A DNA stretch of 61,865 nt, filler included, from Callorhinchus milii (taxonomy: Eukaryota), in assembly GCF_018977255.1 (NCBI RefSeq). It is 3 parts of 3 records of this genome, joined end to end, with 100 filler letters (N's around TTAATTAATTAA, not from the genome) between each part and the next. Parts side by side here need not be neighbours in the genome. Positions count along the whole stretch, not along the records: positions 1 to 24,297 come from NW_024705000.1; 2 more parts are not named here. One strand, 5' to 3'. The notes under the pieces are model-generated. The model was not told the DNA's origin and did not search any database. It was given only the letters and a program-made list of their open reading frames with translations. Shown here one piece after another: positions 1 to 18,200 of the stretch. Position 1 is the first letter of the stretch. Every line of letters begins with the position of its first letter. Made by a program: the position numbers and the translations under genes.

Positions 1-212
1 CTGAAATTGCTAAGGAATTTCATTGTTTGGCTCTGTTAGAATGTTAATTTAAGTAAAAATGCGTTACAAACCTTTAACTTTAGAATCTTAAATTGCCGAA
101 GTTTGGTCCTTGGAGACTTTCAGGTAGTTCAAAGTATCTAGTATCTTTAGGAACTGAACTATCAATGCTACGAAACTGTCATGTTGGCTTAATGCGTGTT
201 TTACACCTGCAG

Positions 213-3172
<2,960 letters not shown>

Positions 3173-3296
3173 AAGCATCCTGGGAACAAGATTTTTTTGT
3201 TTTTTGTTTATTTTGCTTTAGTGGTGCTTTAACATTGATGCAATGTAATGTACTTTTTCACTATGTATTTGGAGACTAAGATTAAAATGAATTTTT

Positions 3297-3570
3297 AATA
3301 AATTGCCTGTACAGTGACTTGTCTTTGACTACTCTAGTTGGTGGTAGTTATCAGCACAGCTGGTTTGTTTCATGTGAATTATACACCTGTATTGCAGCTG
3401 TCTGGTTCATTGTCTTTGGGTATAGTTCCATTTTCTGTATAGGTTTCATCAAACTGTATAAAAAAAAATGTGACTGCAATAGATCTTTTCAGTTAAAAGT
3501 TCGGAGTTTTAATGATGGATACGAAACCTTGTTGCTATTTCTCTTCAAACGGTTTGAACTCTGCAATAAA
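3297..3570 (+). terminator. Two candidate polyadenylation signals in the TAF15 3' UTR
   Basis: AATAAA at 3297-3302 and 3565-3570, each followed by GT/T-rich sequence. Confidence 0.55.
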
Positions 3571-6525
3571 GCTCTGTGTATCCTATGGTTTGGCTTCTGA
3601 TGTCCTACAGCGATAAGTGTGTTGGCAAATGTGAGAAAGCCACTAGTCTGACATCTGATCTGAACTCTTAGCGTCCAAGATGACTCATATTGGCCACTGT
3701 TGACCAGCAACTTTTTTTTAAAAAACACTATCACTGGGTGTCAACTGAGAATCAAGAATTGGATACCTCTGTCTGATCCCCTTGGTTACTTGTTCATTGT
3801 GTAACTAACAATTGCAAAACGCTGCAGTTCCCTCATTGGTTCTCGCCTGCCTTAGTTTTGTGCTGGGAATGAAAGTAAGGGTTGGAGCAGGCAGGGGATA
3901 GCATGTCAGCAATTAGTCTATTAGTCACCATAACCAACGGCTAACCCATGCTCAGTGGGAAGTCCTTGCTATATTTGTGGGAAAGCAGGATGATGTGGTG
4001 CCCTTAGGATCAAACCTTGCATCCCAGTGTTAAATGCATTTATGCAACTTACAAAAGGATGTAGTCAAAAGAGTTTCTAATTGGCCTTGTGTTTATGTGT
4101 AGATATTGCCAGTTCAGTAATCTCAACTAATTGTACAGTGAAGTGAGTAGAAAGGGGCTTTGTTGAGCTATGAAATTATGGCCGTTGCAGTGATGTGCTT
4201 TGATCTCCTGCTGCGTGGAAATGTGAAGGGAAGGAGCTAAAGCAGCAGTGAGTGCGATGTCTTGCACCTCAGAATGTTGGCAGGGAGTACTGGGAGAAGA
4301 TTATTCCATCTTCCCTTGTGATTAGGTAATGATATGTTGTGCAAACAGTCCTGATTCTTATACTCCAGCCACAGGTAATTCACAGCTGCCCCTGGTAGTT
4401 TTTTGAGCAGAGTGCTCATTCTCACCCTCATTAGTTGATGTAATAATATCAAGATCCAAATCCTTGACTGTCCAGCAACTTGTGAGTCTTCCTGGTGGGA
4501 AAGGTGCTATACCAATGTAGTTTGTGGTTGTATTAGGAAAATGGACAAGTGTTCATGTATTTCAATGTTCCCCAATGGAGGAGAGGGAGATGCACTGACA
4601 TGTATACACTTAAGACTCCTAGGATGTTTTCAGTGCAGTTCTGCAGCGGATGAGTGCAACACTATCACCAGTTAGATGGGCTGCAGTCATTTTAATGTAA
4701 TTCTTATTGCACTAATTTCATCAGAAAGACTAAGCAAATCCTTGCATTTGGTACAGCATAACATACAGGATATGTTAAAATCAAATCTAATTTTCAATAG
4801 GCCTCCAAAGACTAGAAAGAGTTTAATTTCTGCTTCTTGAACACCCTGTGATGCCATTAAACATTAAAACCATTAAGAGTAGGAAGCTCGCTTTCCTTGG
4901 GGAGAGCTGAGTTCTAATTTTATTCTGTTCCCAATTTGTTTTAACTCCCTTAAAAGCTGTGTGTGATTAAATATACAGTGGAACACAAGGAACTTAAAGG
5001 ACTGCTGCAATCACTAAAAAATGTGAAATTCCCAAAGTTGACTGATATCTGATTTGTAAGCCGGTGTAATTAATGCTTGTATGCTGGCCACAAACTTTTT
5101 ACGGGAATGGTTTGGACATTGCTGTTACCGACATTTAAACTGGTAGGGAACTTATGTAGCTTTCTCATTTGCTGCACAATCGACAAGGACTCCTCAACAA
5201 CAACAAATTGTATTTATGTAGAGCTTTTCACGTCAGGAGGATGTCCGCAGAGAAGTCCTGGTATAAGCAGCAACTGGCTACAGAACTTACACAGTTAAAA
5301 GGCTTTTAACTCTTTCCTCACCTCATTATTATGCTTGCTGCGGCTCAGTAATTGACAGTAACAGACTGACTATGACTGTGGGACATTGCTGTGCGCAATT
5401 GGCTGCCGCGTTCGCCCACAAATATGCAGTCAATTCACTTTACAGTATATTCCGTGAAGCGCTTTGGGACGTCGAGAAGACGTGCGAAGCGCTATATCAA
5501 ATGCGAGGATTATTATTATTATAATTGGGGAGTCCTGTAAGTGTGGTTAGCGTGTGTGCCCGGAGAACCTGGATTTGATTCCTGGGCGGGGTGCAACCTT
5601 CGGCAGATATCCTCACTCCACAACACACCCGCTTACCCAGCAGCAAGTAGGAACCCGCTTGTTAAGTCGATCGGCGGATTGCCTTATAAAAAGTGATCGC
5701 CTTGGGGTGGGGGGGGGGGTAATAATCCCTCCAACAACCCCCCCCCAAAAAAAAAAGTCACCTACTTTTGTGGCGCACGGCCGTGCCCGACTGGTGGCCG
5801 CGTTCCGCCCGCGCCCAACGCAGCAAAATAAGCAATCGGTCCACTTTGCGCAGCGTTCCGCAATGCGCTTTCGAGCGTCCCAACCAAGTGGCGCGGCGCG
5901 GTGGCGAACGCGAGGGTGATGATGGTGATGATGATGATGATTAATTCTAGGAGAGGAGAAAGAATTGAGAAACCAAACCATTGCCCTTTTAAACCACAAG
6001 CCGCTGAGCTCCTGAGCCGCCTGGTTGGGAAAGTGGTGGGTGGTGCTTTGTGGAGCTCTGTTTTTGTCAGTTCCTTATTGCTGTGATTGCAGTCGGTTTG
6101 ATATATACACACCCCCTGGGGGGGGGGGGGGTGTGAGTGGGGGGGGGGGGGGGGGAAAGCATGGGGGAAAGCAAGTGCCAAGTGGCTGGATGAAGAGAGA
6201 GAGACAGAGAGAGAGAGGGGAGGGAGGGGGGGGGACAAGGCGATTGGTAAACAGCTGCCAAAGGGGGAAGAAGATGCCCAACTTCAGGGCTGGGAGTGGG
6301 GTTAAAAAAAGCAGAACTTGGAAGAAACTCTGGATAACCTCCATCAAGACGGCAGCAGCTGATAAGTCGTGATTTTAGCTGTTTTTTTTTCCAAAATATT
6401 AAAAAAAAATACACAATTCCTGCCTGGGGTTTGTGTGTGTGTGTGTGTGTGTGTGTGACAGAGAGAGAGAGAGAGAGGGATAGATCGAGACAGAGGGAAG
6501 GAAGAGAAGGAGCTCTCAGCGCACA

Positions 6526-9500
6526 ATGAGTTGTGGAGTTTCTGGACAAAGTTTGGGAACTTGGTCAAAACTTTTGATAGTTTCTCTCCTGTTCACTACC
6601 CCCTCGGGGTGTTTGCCTGTGGGTCAGACACAGCCAACAGACACAGACAAGGACCTGGGATTGCCAGCAGCAGAGGTGAGTCTACCTTCAGTCAATATTT
6701 TTTTCTCTCTCTCTTTTTTTTTTGCATTTATACAATATAAAATATTTTGGCGTTTTCAATGCTGCGATCTTTCTTTTTTTGTTGTTGGTTTTACCGATTT
6801 TTTTTTCCTCTCTCTCAATGATACGTGAGAACAAAACCAGTGCGAAAAGTATTCAGTGTTTCTGTCTCTCGATATTCTTCTTATCGTAATCATTATTATT
6901 ATTATTTGTTACTTATTGTTATCATCGATTCTTAGACTGTGTAATGTGGTGATCTTTACGTTTAGAGACGAGGGAATTGAGTACGGGAGTGAAATTTAAT
7001 GCCCACGGTTGTTTCTCAAAAAATAGCTATTTTTTAAAAAAAAATGTTTTAAAAAAAAATATATTTTTAAGTACATTTTTATTTTTTTTATTTTTTAAAA
7101 AAAAATTGAAACGCCACACCCTTGGGAGTAGTCAGACGGCGTGTTTTCAACAGTTTGTGAAAAATGCAATCACTTTACCACAGTCTATTCGAACTAACTA
7201 CGGAATAACAAGGATTTGCTCCCAAAGTAATTAAATAACAGTACATGTTTTTGACTCGGTGACACACACCGTCTACACAGGGAATTGCTGTCACCGTGAT
7301 TTTGCAAACAAAAAAACCCTTCTATTGGACACTATCATTGACAATTCTGTGAATTATTAACCTCTTTCCTTGCACACAGCCAGAGGGACTCGCTCTGTCA
7401 GGTATTTGAGCACTGTGCTGGAATATTGGACTGGGAAGTACAGTAATAAAACTATACAGTTTGATAGCTAATCAGCTTTGTAATTTAATAACCGGTCCTG
7501 TTGTAATCCATGCCCAGCCCTGGTACATAAAACACGCCACTTCATTACACTGCATCATCATCATCATAATAATAATAATAAAAATCCTTGCATCTGATAC
7601 AGCACCTTATGAGACGTCTCAAAGCGCTTCGCAGAATATATATAATATTGTAAAGTGGATTGACCGTGTTTTTTGTGGACGTGAAGTGGCAGCCAATTCC
7701 GCGGAACAACATCCCACAGTCGGCGATTATTGGGGCCGTTAACGCCTCACCTGAAGGTCGGCGCCTCCGACAATCCGGCACTGTAGTGTCAACCTGGACA
7801 CTGCAGTGTCGACCTGTGTTCAAAGTCCCTGCTGTGGGGGCTTGAACCCACAAGCTTCCAACTAAGGAGTCGAGAGCTCTACCCGCTGAACTCTTCTTAT
7901 GTGTACGATAATCCGCAGAGAAAATGGGATACGTATCTGTATCGGGGGCAGCAATAAAAGAGCATTCATTGAGGATTATTAATAACCCGTTGACTGAACT
8001 TCAAATCTCTTTATGTCGCAAATCAAATTGACTGCACTCTGTAATAAACGGCATGCCTCCTCTCGTTGCTCTCGGCACTGACTCGGAGGCTTTGTTGACG
8101 CTGCACGGGTGTGAGTAGGCAAAGGGGAGCGGGTTCAATGTGAACAAGCTTCTAATTAACTCCCGCGGCATGTGTAGACTTAAAGGGGCATTGCAGCGTG
8201 AATTTTAAAGCGAAACTCTGGAAAACTCCTCTACCTAACCCTTCGCTTTGCCCCACCCTCCCCATCTTCAGGTCAAGCATAAAGACCGTCCTCTTCCATC
8301 TTGCCCACCGTCGCCTCACCCCTGCCTCCAGCTCGGAACCGTGGTCCGTCACTGTCAAGCGCTCTAGGGGCACTACCCTGAGTGAGGGGTGCTATATTAA
8401 TGCAAGTTGTTGTTGGTATACTATCCCGTGGTTTAAGAACGCCTTGCTAGAGATTCTGTCTCTATTTGCCTCTGCTGCTGTTGGCACTCTGAAGCTAATC
8501 ATGTTTATTGGAGGGCACTATAATTTTTTAAAAAATATAAAATTGCAAAAGAGACCTGTGCTGGGGGCTGAATTTATCAGTGTTGTCACTTCAAGAATAT
8601 TTACTGTATTCACTTGGCGGGTGGCACTTAGTATTTCCATCGTAGCCGGCGGAGGGCAGCCCTGAGGTTTGCTCGTACAGTATCATTGATGTTTAACCCC
8701 ATAAACACTGATTTCTATCTGCCTCACGTTAAAGTATTTTTAATCTGGGGGCGGACACGACTTACTGTTAATTTTTGAAAGTATTTATTGATTATGATAG
8801 TCAGTCATGAGGGGAGGGGTGTAGATTCTACCCACTGTTAACCTGCAAGACAAAGCCCTAATGGGTAGGTTGGTCCTAGCTGGACAAGCAATGGGAAAGA
8901 TTGCCAGGCAGTGCTCGCAAGGAGCAAGCTTTTAGCTGGTTAAACTCCAGCAGTTACCCCAACGCACACTCTGGGGTCTCCCCCGCCTCAAGCCTTGCCA
9001 ACCTAAGCCTCATACTCTCCAGAATTAGGTAAGCAGGGTGCATCCATCTGGGGAGAGAGGGAGAGAGAGAATTCCATTCCAGGTAGAAGGAAAATCCCAA
9101 GTGTAGATGGCATATTTATGTGGGCATCTCAGTCTGGTTTGGAAACTCTCTAAGCACGGAGATGGGTTTCCATGTGGGTCAGACACACCCATCTGACCAC
9201 AAAAGCGAAAATCAATGTTAAATGTTATTTTAAAATAAAAAGCGTTTTATTTTTTCCATTTGTAATAATTACCCGGGGCTTTTCTCTTTCCTCCCGAAGG
9301 CATTCTTAGAAAAGTATGGCTACCTTGAACCCGGATCTCACAGGGGACTGAATTCTGCTGAGGTCAGAGAGGCCGTGAGGTGAGAGATGTTTGGGGAATA
9401 TAAGGTGATGACAGCATCGATAACCAAATCGTTAAAGGTCCGTCTGTGGGCACAAACTGCTGTGACTTTCACACGGTGAAAGGGGTCTCTTACCCCAGGG

Positions 9501-12262
9501 GGTGGTGGGGGATGGGGTGGGGGGATGGGATGCGCCTGGAGAAAACACGCAATTAAGAAACGTCTGGTTAGGTCTGCCTCGCTTTCACTTCTGGGTCATA
9601 GGTTTGTTGGCTCAAATCCCTCGACAGTACTTTGAAGAGGGACTTGAACCCACGCGGATGCTTCAGTGCATTGCTGGGGGGAGGTGGTGGAGGGGGGTGG
9701 CATTGCTGAGGGGGGAGCGCTATATGGCTGGAGGTGCTCCCCTTTGGTTGAGATGTTAAACCGATGTCCTGCCTGCCTGTTCGGCGGGATACTTGGAAAA
9801 GAGAAGGGAGTTTCTCCCAGTGTGCTGGCCAACAATCCCTCCCTCCCTCCCACCTCAAATTGGTCATTCATCTCATGACAGACAGTGGAACATTGCCCTG
9901 TGTAAATTGGCTACCACGTTTGTCTTCAAAGGCATCAATCAGCAGTCTTGACAACGAGGGTAAAGTGTTTTGAGACCTTTCAGTGCTAATAGACACAGAG
10001 GCGGTTGTTATTGTGCATTGAGTTTATAAGAAAAACATGTAAGTTCTTGCTCCTTTGGTGAGATCCAGGTCGACTCCTAGAAGTTCAATGAATCGAAAGA
10101 GGCTGAGACAAGTTGAAAAATGGGCAACGGCAAAAAGGGAGGGAGCGGCCGGAAATCTTCCCTCTCTCCACCCGTTGCCTCCCGCCCTCCTCCCATATCA
10201 CGCAAAAAAAAATCTATCATAACCTCGGCTAGTTTGTTCAAGTTGAGACCAGAGTTTCGTCAACTGGTTAACAGGCTCTGAGTACACTATGTGCTGTCTG
10301 ACGTCCATTCCCGGATAGCTGTGCATGACTTGACATGATCACCGTGTGCAGTCATCGACTTGTCAGACCAACTCATAATCACACTGCTACGTGTTGTGTA
10401 GTATTTGCGTCCGGAGCCTGGTTACAAATTAAGAGTGCTCATTTCGCCCCCCCCCCCCCCCCACCATTTGTTTGGCTAGACTCGAGTGTCAGGAACAATG
10501 AGAGATGCCTCCCTCCACACACACATATACATATATACACACACATTCTCTCACACTCAACCCCCTTTGGGTTTCCAATCCATTGTATGTAAAGGACATC
10601 AATGGTAACCAATTTTCTCAATCCCCCCCCAACCCCCTAAATCCCCCCCCCAAATCTCTTGGCGCTATGAGCAGGAAATACCTCTTGCTTGACATCCTGC
10701 TTGGGGAATAATTAAGTCAGAGTTTTGAGATGTTTGTCAGTTGAGCTATCTCTTTACTCGTCTGTGACCGAACAAGGAAAACTTACTTGAGAAGAAATTT
10801 GCAAGCAATGAAATTGTGCAAAAGGGAATTTGCTGTGTGTTGACCTGGGCTTTGTTTTCAAGGCATGGGTTTCGGTGTGATTGAGGGGCAAGATCTTAAA
10901 TCTTCTGATTGTTGGGGGTGGGGGTTGGTGGGGCAGGAGGTCAATTGATGGGAGCTTGGTCCTCATTTCATTTGGCAGAAACACCTCGATTAATCTTTAA
11001 TGCATGACGATATGAGTTAGGAGATGATTAATATGACTTGTACAAAGAAAAGACTGGAGCGGGGTGGGGAGCAAATCCTCCCCACTCCCATCTGAGTTGA
11101 TTCCAGGCTACAACGGGCAAGAATCTACCAGGTACCAATGAATCTTTGTGTTCACTCACTCCTCTCTCTCTCTCTCTCTCTCGCTCTCTCTCTGTGTTGG
11201 GGTTTGTCCCAGGGAGTTCCAGTGGATTTCCCACCTCCCGGTGAGCGGAGCGCTGGATGAGAACACCGTGAGGAGGATGGCTGAGCCGCGGTGCGGAGTC
11301 AAGGACACGGGGAGTCGTGGAATTTGGGGAGAGCATGTGAAGGCTGTGCTGTTTGGGCAAAGCAATAAACCCAAGCGCATCAAGCGTTACTCTCCACAAG
11401 GTGAGCGAAGGTGGATTAAAAAAAAGGCATTTGTTTTCCTCTCTCCCGGCTTCCAATCTGCCAATCCCTACCACCAGCCCCCACCTCCTACCCCTCCTTT
11501 GGTCTGTTTGGGGGGGTTGTTGCTGCGCACAAATTGGCTGCCCCGTTTGGCCGCAAAACACACAGTCACTGCACCCACTTTACAGACTTCACCGTCAAAT
11601 TCTGTGAAGCGCATTGGGACGTCCTCCCAACGTTAAAAATCTTATGATGTGGGCCTAAGTGACGTAACAGTAATAATAATGATGATAATAATAATAATAA
11701 TCCTTGCATTTGATAGAAATGCCTTATCACGCCTTTGAGACGTCTCAAAGCTCTTTGCAGAATACACTCTAATAAATCGTACATAAATGCCCCAGTCGAC
11801 CCGAGTCCCATTGCCCCCCGCTTCTCTTCCCCCCCCACCCACCCAACACCAGAATGTGGGGACACCAAATCTGTCCACAGTCCACGACTCCCATTGACAG
11901 CTCAACGTCAGACTCAAACTCTTTCCAAATCACCTCAACTCATGCAGGATTCCACCTGTCAGCATTGCCAGGTCAGACGTGCCTTAGCCTGTAACATACT
12001 GTGGCCTCCGGCTCCTGTGGTGACTGATGCACATTTGCCTCCCTTCCCACCCCCCACCCCCCCCCCCCCCCCCCTTCCCCGGGCAATGCTCACATTTTTT
12101 ACCTTTTGACCCAAACGGGGAGTAATTATTGGGAAATATGTTAAATGTTTGGTGAGAGAACCTGCCAGCAAGGGCCGCGTCTGGCCTGGAATTCCAGCTC
12201 AGTCACACACCCCGTCTCCAGGGAAAGAACGTAAGGCAATATCGGTATTCGGGGAGTTGGGT

Positions 12263-12298
<36 letters not shown>

Positions 12299-15200
12299 AC
12301 TGTCTCTCCTCTTTCCTTTTCTTTCTATTATTTTCTTTCATTCCCTTTTTTCTATGTTTCTCCTTGACTATTTTTTACATTCATTTTGTTTTTCTGTGCG
12401 CGTGTGTGTGCGTGTCTGTATCTCTCGGTTTCTGGTGTGTGTGTCTGTGTGTGTGTGTGTGTGTGTGAGTGTCTCTCTCCATTTCTTTCTGTGTGTGTGT
12501 GTGTTTCTCTCTCTTTGTTTCTGTGTGTGTGGGTGTGTTTTCTTTTCTCTGCCCCTCTGTCACTCTCTCTGTCGCTTTGGGAATACAGCCTGGGAATGTC
12601 GGAGCCGGGCATCCTTGGGAAGTGTTGGAGAGGATGTCTGCGGTCCCTGTTTTGCACCGATTAGCGACGGCTCGGGAATTGCTGGGTCGGCAAAGTCACT
12701 TCCTAAACGAGAGCATTGGAATACACACAACTGTGAACGACGTGTCTGAAGCCAAAAGGGTGACCTGTCACACACTGTAGGTTTTGTCCATAAAATACAC
12801 ACTCTCTGCACTTCAGTCTATTCCGTGAAGCGCTTTGAGACGTCTCAACGATGTGATAAGGCGCCATATCAAATGCAAATATTATTATTAAATAGAGTCT
12901 CATCTGAAGGACGGAGTCTCTGCTAGTCTGGCCCCTACTCCTTTCACTCACCCCACTCCCCACCAGCTTTGTGTAAGTCTGGGTAAGGGGTTTGTTTGGT
13001 GGAGATTCCGCAGAGTCTGGGTGTTATGTGCGCTGGGTGGGGTGCGGGAGGGGGTCAGATTGATGCGCTTCCCGTTTTCACCTTTCTTTCTAAACAAACC
13101 CCTAGGTCACTTGACGTAAACGAGTGTCTTATCAGACATGGTAACGTCTTCCTTCCCTTTCCTGCCACCACCCAGCTTTCTCTTCCATAATTATTGGCCT
13201 GTGGAACGCTTGTCACAATCCTCTGAGATTCCGCAACCCCTCGCCCCCCTCCCCCACCGCCCCCCCCGGCCCGGGGCTCACTCCCTCCCCTCCACTGAAT
13301 TCCGAAGCTGACTGAAATGAAGTGTTTCCGACTTGAAAGGCGCCGTGTCTAACGCAAGGATTATTTAGTATTTATTATATACGCCTAACTTGTTACGTGT
13401 GCACCCAGATGCACACACATGCATGCGCACACAGACACACTTACTTGCAGAATGAGAGCGACTTGTGTGTTTGTTTCTGTGTAATTTAAAGCTAACTATC
13501 CTTGGAGGGAACGGCAGTAGTAGGTGGGGGTGGAGAGGAGGTCAGAGAGGTTTCCCTGGAGCTCAACTGGCTCCGAGGAGACACGCCTGACGTGTAACTG
13601 TAGTAATCTATAATTCAATCTATGATTAAGCCTTTTTCTCCCCCCCCCCCCCCCCCCGACCTCCCCCTCTTCCCCCCCACCCCACCACCTCACTGGGGTT
13701 GAATGTGCTCAGTAATAAGCCTTGCATTTAATATAGTGCCTTATAAGGTTGTCAAGACATCTCAAAGCGCTTCACAGGATGTACTGTAAAGTGGAGTGAC
13801 TGTATTTTGAGGGTAAAACACGGCAGCCAGTTGCCCACAGCGATGTGCCATAGCTTCTGTCCTGGTGTCCTGGCTGACAATCTCCCTCTCCCCCCCCCCC
13901 CATAAAATTGCTCACTCGCCTGGAGGCTGTTTGGGGAACATCACTGCGTGCAAATTGTGTTTACCTAAACAACGCGCAGTCTCTGGCCTTAATCACAGTC
14001 ATTACCAAGAAAGCATTCGAGAGACTTTTGACGCCGTATGGAATCCACGGACGTGATCGGCCCTGCCCAGCCCAACGCTGCCTTGGGCGGAACAGGCTTG
14101 AGTGGCTGAATGGCCTCCTCCTGTTCTTATCCGATCCTGTGCTGAAATCTCTCTCTCTCTGACCCCCCTTCCCCCCACCCCAGGAGAGAAGTGGTACCGG
14201 CACCATCTCACGTACAAGATCATTAACTGGCCGCGATACCTGGAGCCCGGCCGGGTCAGGGCTGCGGTGAAGACTGCCTTCGAGCTGTGGAGCAACGTCT
14301 CGTCGCTGAGCTTTGGGGAGGCTCCAGCTGGGGCCCCGGCTGATATCCGGCTGGCGTTTTACCAAGGCGAGCACAACGACGGCATAGGCAACGCCTTTGA
14401 TGGCCCAGGTAGTTAAGCCGCTCTGGGACGCTACCCTGTGTGAGGGGCGCTATATAAATGAAAGTTGTTGTTGGTGGTACTGACCGCTGCCTCACTGTAA
14501 GCTTCCTTACCCACCCCATCCCAGAGTGAAGTTGGGTAGGGATGCGGGTTGGAGGGGATGTGGGAAGGGGAGAGAGGTTGGGTAGAGGGAGGGTATATGA
14601 AATGGGAATGAGGAAAGGAGATTGGGGAAGAGAGGTTGGGGAAGGGGAGGGAGGTGGGGTGATGGGGTAATGGTTGTTCGGGGTGGAGGAGGGAAGGGGC
14701 GGAGGTTGCGGGCAGGGATGGGGGGCAATGACTATCCCCAGTTCCCCAGTCAGGCTGCTCACTCTCCCACCCCCCCCACCCCACCTTCTTGCCCCCTCAG
14801 GTGGGGCGCTGGCTCACGCCTTTTTCCCCCGCCGCGGGGAGGCCCACTTCGACAATGACGAGCGGTGGTCGCTGTACCGCGGCAAAGGCCGGAACCTGTT
14901 CATCGTGACGGCCCACGAGATCGGCCACACCCTGGGGCTCGAGCACTCACCGGTCAGGAACGCGCTCATGTCGCCATTTTACAAGAAGCTGGGCCGCGAT
15001 TTCCTACTGAGCTGGGACGACATGATGGCGATTCAGAAGCTGTACGGTAAGCTCCCCACCCCCCACTTCCCCTGTAGGAGCCCCCTAGCATAGTGGTTAG
15101 AGCCCTCGTAAGCGAGAGGACCCCTGGGTTCAATTCCCCGAGCGGGGCAAAACCGTAGGCAAGTTTCCTTACTCCACGCGCACGCCTCTCTTTACCTGGC

Positions 15201-18200
15201 GGTCAGCAGGAACCCGGCTGTTAGTCGATTGCTTTTTAGGGGGTAATAATCCCTTCCAAAAATATAATAAGAATAATTTGGTCATTCCGTTCGTGTTGCT
15301 GGTGTGTGGAGTGGAGGAGGAGGGGAATGAGGGTCAGTCACTGAACACAGACATGATCTGCAAAGCAACAAGATAAACGAGAGCGTTTATGGGTGAGTGA
15401 TGATGAAGATCCCCCCCCCACCCCCCCCGGAGCTCAGCCACACACACAATAACCTGCGGTCGACACTGATTCAGTGCAAAAAAATCTCAGCCTGATCTAC
15501 AGTACGTGTCTGAAGTCTTTTAATGGACCAGTGTTTTAGACCAACATTCTGCGGCCTAATAATCTTGTGTGTAATAAAAAAAATCTCTTCTCTGCCTTTG
15601 TTTCCTCTTTAGTAATGATCGTTAGTTACTGAGTCATGACCCCGAGGTGGGGTCGGGAGCTGGTGATTTGTGGGGGGAGTGGGAGCCACTGAACCCAGGT
15701 CCCGTCTGTGCCCTGTTCTGTCAGACGTTAACTTGAGTAGAGAAGGATTTTCTCGCCACCGGTTTCCTGGCTGACAATTTCCCCCCCACCGGATAAAATC
15801 GCTGATTGGCTTCATTTCGTGGCTGTGCGCCGGACACTGCCATGTGGGAAAATTTTGCTAATGAAAGACTCAGCGGCTGGGCTTTAGGATAAAGCGCTTT
15901 GAGACTTCTTTAGGATGGGGTCGTATGTCCACGATCCCAACCCAGCGTTCTAATAGACACTAGTGGGACCTTCGCCACTCAGCACGCTTTCTGGTCTCAA
16001 TTTTTAAGCATCGAAAGTCAATTGTAGGAGAAACAGCGCTGGGGAGATGAACATCTGGTCCCCGCCCTCACCCCCCTCCTCCCCACCCCCACAGTGAAAG
16101 AGAGACTGTCACTTTAGGAATTCGCAACTCCGGCCAAAATTCCAGGAGATTAGAGTTAAATTGCTCCTGAATTACCAGCCTAAGATGCCAGATTAGACCG
16201 GGCCTCAGATAAGGCTGTGTTCGTCAACTGAGGAAGGCTACGTGCCAGTGGCCTCTGCTTTGGGATGTCCTCCCGACGTGAGCCGCGCTATACAAACGCA
16301 AATTGTTGTTATTGTTGTGGCTTGTCATCCAGACGCCTGGCTAACAGGGAACGACCGGCATGTGGTAGAGACGGGGCTCCAGTATGGATGGCTCGTCCGT
16401 TCTTAGTCACTGTGATCATCAGTTAGACAGAAAAGCCACGTGCGCACACTGTGGAGTCCCGGAGTGCAGTGGTTAGTGCGCTCGCCTCGCAATCGAGAGG
16501 ACCTGGGTTAGGTTCCCGAGCGGGCAGGGCGAAACTTTAGCGACCAGCTTAGATGAGGAATAATGTCTCATTCTCCTCTCTGCGTTTCAGGGAAACCGTT
16601 CCGAGCTTCGGCCGTCCAACTACCGATGGAGTTGCTGCCATCGTTCCAGGAGCTGGAGGAGCACAGCCATCCCGGCGTTCCCTCGGGAACCCCCTCGTAC
16701 TGCCGGACGCAGTTTGACACCCTGACCATGGGTAAGGGGACCCGCTCACTCTCCCAGTATAGGCGACACCGGGAGGTGTGTGCACATCACACCACACGCT
16801 TATCCCATACCTGCCCTCCCCCCCCCCACCCCATCGCCTCTCTTTGGAACTCCATCCTGAAGTCGCTCCAACTTCCTTCCTCTCCCAACCCCCCCACACC
16901 ACGTTCCCCTGTCTCGAGATGTACCTCATTGATGTACCTTTCTCAGGCTCTCTCACCCCCCACCCCCCCAACAGCCAATAGTGACAAGCACTTTGAGACG
17001 TCTTCCTAGCGTGGAAAGTCACTGTGTGAATCTTATTGGCGACGTGTCAACATCTTTATTGACAGCTCTATATCAAATGCAAGGATTATTACTGTTATTA
17101 TTGTCCCTTCACAGGCTGTCTACCTCTCTCCCTCCCACTCTCTCTTTCTGTGCCCGCAGATCTGAACGAAAACATTTACATCTTCAGGGGGGGTGACTAC
17201 TGGGTGGTCTCAAAGGTGGGGAGTGTTCGAGGACCCCTGTCCCTGCGAGAGGGCTGGCCCGGACTGCCCACCACCATCGAGGCCGCTGCTGTGTCGGAGA
17301 GAGAAGGAAAATTCTACTTTTTCAGAGGTAACAGTGACGAGACGTCAGCCAGGCTCAGTCGGTCGGTCAATCAGTCGGTCGGTGTCTCTTTCACCACCGA
17401 GTCAGGGGGTTGTGGGTTCGAGCCCCCCGTGTTGGGGGTCTAAGCTGAACCCGCAGGGCATTGTTGGGTTGTCCTGGCTGCCATCCTTTGAACATTTCGC
17501 CCACAAAATACACAGTATATTTACAGCATATCCTGTGAAGCGCTTTGAGACGTCTCAATGGTGTGATACTGCGTTATGTCAAATGCAAGGATTATTATTA
17601 TTATTAAGACTCGAGGTACAGATCAGCCATGATATTATAGAATGGCCCATTGCTGTTTCTAGCCTCTCGTGTGTGTGTGTGTGTTACCTCGCTCCCCTTC
17701 TGCCCCCTTGTTCAGGAGGACTTTGTGGGATGCCTACAAAGTACACACTTTTTCAGTGAATCCTGTGAAGCGCTGTGAGACATTCTCCCGATGTGAGTGA
17801 TCCGAGACCCCGTCTGGCCCAAAGGGCGCTGTATAAATGTTGTTAATTTGGAGACGCGAATTCCTCAGTCCTCGAAACACAGACTTGCACAAATATCGCC
17901 TCCTGCTGCTCGCAGCTGCTAAGCTCCACCCGAGAATACACTGCAACGTCAGCCTGGACCGTGCAAGTCCAAAGGCCTTCATGTGGGTGGGTGGGTGGGT
18001 GGGCTTGAAGCCACAGCCTTCTGACTTGGAAGCAAGACAGCTACCAACTGAGCCAGACTGGCACCTTCTGCGTAAAATAAAATTTGTGTGTGTCTGTCTG
18101 TCTGTCTCTCTCCTTGCTTCTCTTTCTCCGTTTCTGTGTGTCTATCGTGTGTGTGTGTGTGTGTGTGCGAGTGGTGCGTGTGTTTGTGTGTGTCTTTCTG

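Noticed and set aside
12141..12811. Cluster of overlapping 60-160 aa ORFs in MMP28 intron 3
   Set aside because: They arise from CT/GT microsatellites that lack stop codons.
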